From contig CM119268.1 in NCBI GenBank assembly GCA_051294375.1, positions 9,250,718 to 9,314,717 on the forward strand: DNA of 64,000 bases. The letters are read 5' to 3'. Of this stretch, positions 62,401-64,000 are shown piece by piece. Under the pieces are notes generated by a model. The model was not told where the DNA came from. It was given only the letters and a program-made list of their open reading frames with translations, and made no database searches. Source of the DNA: Paraspadella gotoi. Taxonomy: Eukaryota; Animalia; Chaetognatha. Position numbers and translations under genes: made by a program. Position 1 is the stretch's first letter; each line of letters opens with the position of its first letter.

Positions 62401-64000
62401 AATATAAATAGAACTATCGAGGCGAATTTAAATATTTGACCCCTTAGCCGAGACCCTGGGGGTCACCCACAGAGGCGAAAAAAGGTCAAAATTTTTTTGG
62501 GAATTTTTTAGTTTTGAACAGTTGCATAGACGTTTATTTATCCTAAACGTATTTATTATATCTAAAGAACTAGTTAACCTTAATTTTTATGTTCATAAAC
62601 ATCAGCAGTTGATGCCAGATTTGGAAAAAAGAGAAAATTTGAAGTAAAATGTTGTTTAAAGATGCATGGTTCATCGTCTATTTAAAAATGCATCACTTTA
62701 CATGAAAAATGTTTTTTAATGCAACTGATGCCGCCAATAAATTCATGAAAATAAAAAACAATTTTTTAGGCTTTTTTAAACCCCTGGGGGTTCAACCCCG
62801 GGGCCCTGTATCTCCTCTCGGGAGTTTAAAATCAAAATTCCCCTCGGTAGTTCCATTGTATTGCCAAAGTCTACCTTCATGCCAAATTTGATCAAATTTG
62901 ATGGGGTAGTTTGTGCTTGTCGCTCGAAAAAAACGGCGTATCATTTTTTAATATGAAGCTTTCTGTATATATATATATATTATATAGACTTGCTCTTCCT
63001 CTTGAAATAAATTTATTTCCTTGGCGATGTCCGTCTACTCCAGTTCTTCGCGCCTCCTTCGCGATCGTGCCTCGACTCCATCCTCTATTGACGACCCTGT
63101 CGCTCAAGAGCGGAAGTTCCGTGCTGTCTACGCTTGCTGCGTCGGGGCTTGCGACGTCGCCGGTAAAAGCCTTGCCGGAATTGCCATCCATCTCAGCCGC
63201 AACCACGGCCTCACTAAGACGTCGCCTAAGTTCAAAGAGTCATTTCGTGAGGTCTATACTTGTCTTGCCGACGAGAATTGCGCCTTCACTTCCGAGTCAA
63301 TTCACGGTGTTACTATTCATCTTGGTCAAAAGCACAACAGGTGAACGTTTGGTCGATATGCGTCCTTACAATTAATTTCTATTTTAGAAATAAATATGTA
63401 AATTTTAGGTCTAAGTCGTCTTCTCCTTGCGTGGCCACCACCTTGTCTAATAATGCCAAAGTCAAAACGGACGCCAAAACCCCGACAGTCGTTTCTCAGT
63501 CGTATTTGGAAATCCCTAACCGAAAATCGTTTCCGTGTCTCGTTCCCGGATGTAACTTTGTCTCTCCGTCCTTTAGAGGACTGAAATTTCACACGACGGC
63601 CGTGCATTCGACCAACGACGTTGAAACCACCGAATTCGGTGAAGCGAATCGTAACACGGAAGTTGAAAACCATTCTGAGCGTTCGGTTCCTTGTCCAGAG
63701 GATTCTTGCCAAGGAATTTTCAAGTCAGAAAAAGACTTAAAAATACATAAAAGACGCACGCATCCCGGCGCGATTGTTCATCCCGCCGCTACATCCGGTC
63801 CAATCAAACTTCGCAAGTGTCCCGTCGATTCCTGTGAATACGTCTTTAAAACAAACATAAGCTATCTCTCCCTCTTAACCCACTTTAAGAGAAACCATCA
63901 CGGAGTTGCAGTCCCGGACGAGTTCCGTCACAAACACAAGTGCCCCGTTGCCGGTTGTAGCTATGCAGCGAAAAAGGCTCCAAATTTGAAGCAACATATC
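53480..64000 (+). CDS. Large multi-C2H2 zinc-finger protein (mostly C-x4-C fingers), truncated by the window end
   Basis: Exon ending at 55142 (phase 0, after a CxxC..H..H finger) fits the phase-0 exon at 59782; repeated CxxxxC...HxxxxHP fingers in 59995-64000; joining the 5' and 3' halves is inferred. Confidence 0.7.
55461..58528 (-). CDS. Immunoglobulin-superfamily type I membrane protein, multi-exon
   Basis: Signal-like N-terminus; Ig motifs LACDG..MVKW, IELRCETDCEGSCRFEW...DYTCRV; TM segment ITIAIVVVGLIICSALIAMAM; acidic tail. Confidence 0.72.
58749..59377 (+). CDS. Small single-pass membrane protein, head-to-head with the Ig gene (3' end uncertain)
   Basis: MSLRNDRRRRR...GLNLFLLAVWVSIFVWLVLTVW; the following open 183-nt exon (59114-59296) may belong here or to the zinc-finger gene. 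Confidence 0.4.
62107..62965. mobile_element. MITE of the same family as 2434-3894, opposite orientation, in a zinc-finger gene intron
   Basis: TA|CAAAAGGCTTCATATTAGAAAATGATACGCCG ... CGGCGTATCATTTTTTAATATGAAGCTTTCTG|TA; internal blocks are homologous to 3280-3800. Confidence 0.82.

Overview
Eukaryotic DNA from a compact invertebrate metazoan genome (AT-rich, mostly short GT-AG introns, GC-richer exons); the species cannot be determined from this window. Recognisable genes: LSM12 (-), head-to-head with a vasculin/GPBP1 homologue (+), SRF (+), DMC1, an unknown membrane protein, PCED1, then a tightly packed same-strand run DDX52 - HSP60 - membrane-anchored Cu/Zn SOD - NADAR - USP12/46 - MINDY3 - a multi-C2H2 zinc-finger gene that runs off the window. 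There are probable nested genes: a basic RS/K-rich ORF in a MINDY3 intron, and an Ig-superfamily gene plus a small TM ORF in the zinc-finger intron. Most notable non-genic signals: (1) a young, intact 728-bp non-coding LTR retroelement whose LTRs contain a tRNA-like Pol III A/B-box cassette, nested in a MITE, plus a truncated relative; (2) two minimal hammerhead-ribozyme-like motifs in Penelope-like repeats, one inside an ~870-bp foldback in a DMC1 intron; (3) three perfect CArG boxes within 52 bp upstream of SRF; (4) operon-like spacing with apparently unpaired splice acceptors. All exon models were read by eye and need RNA-seq confirmation.
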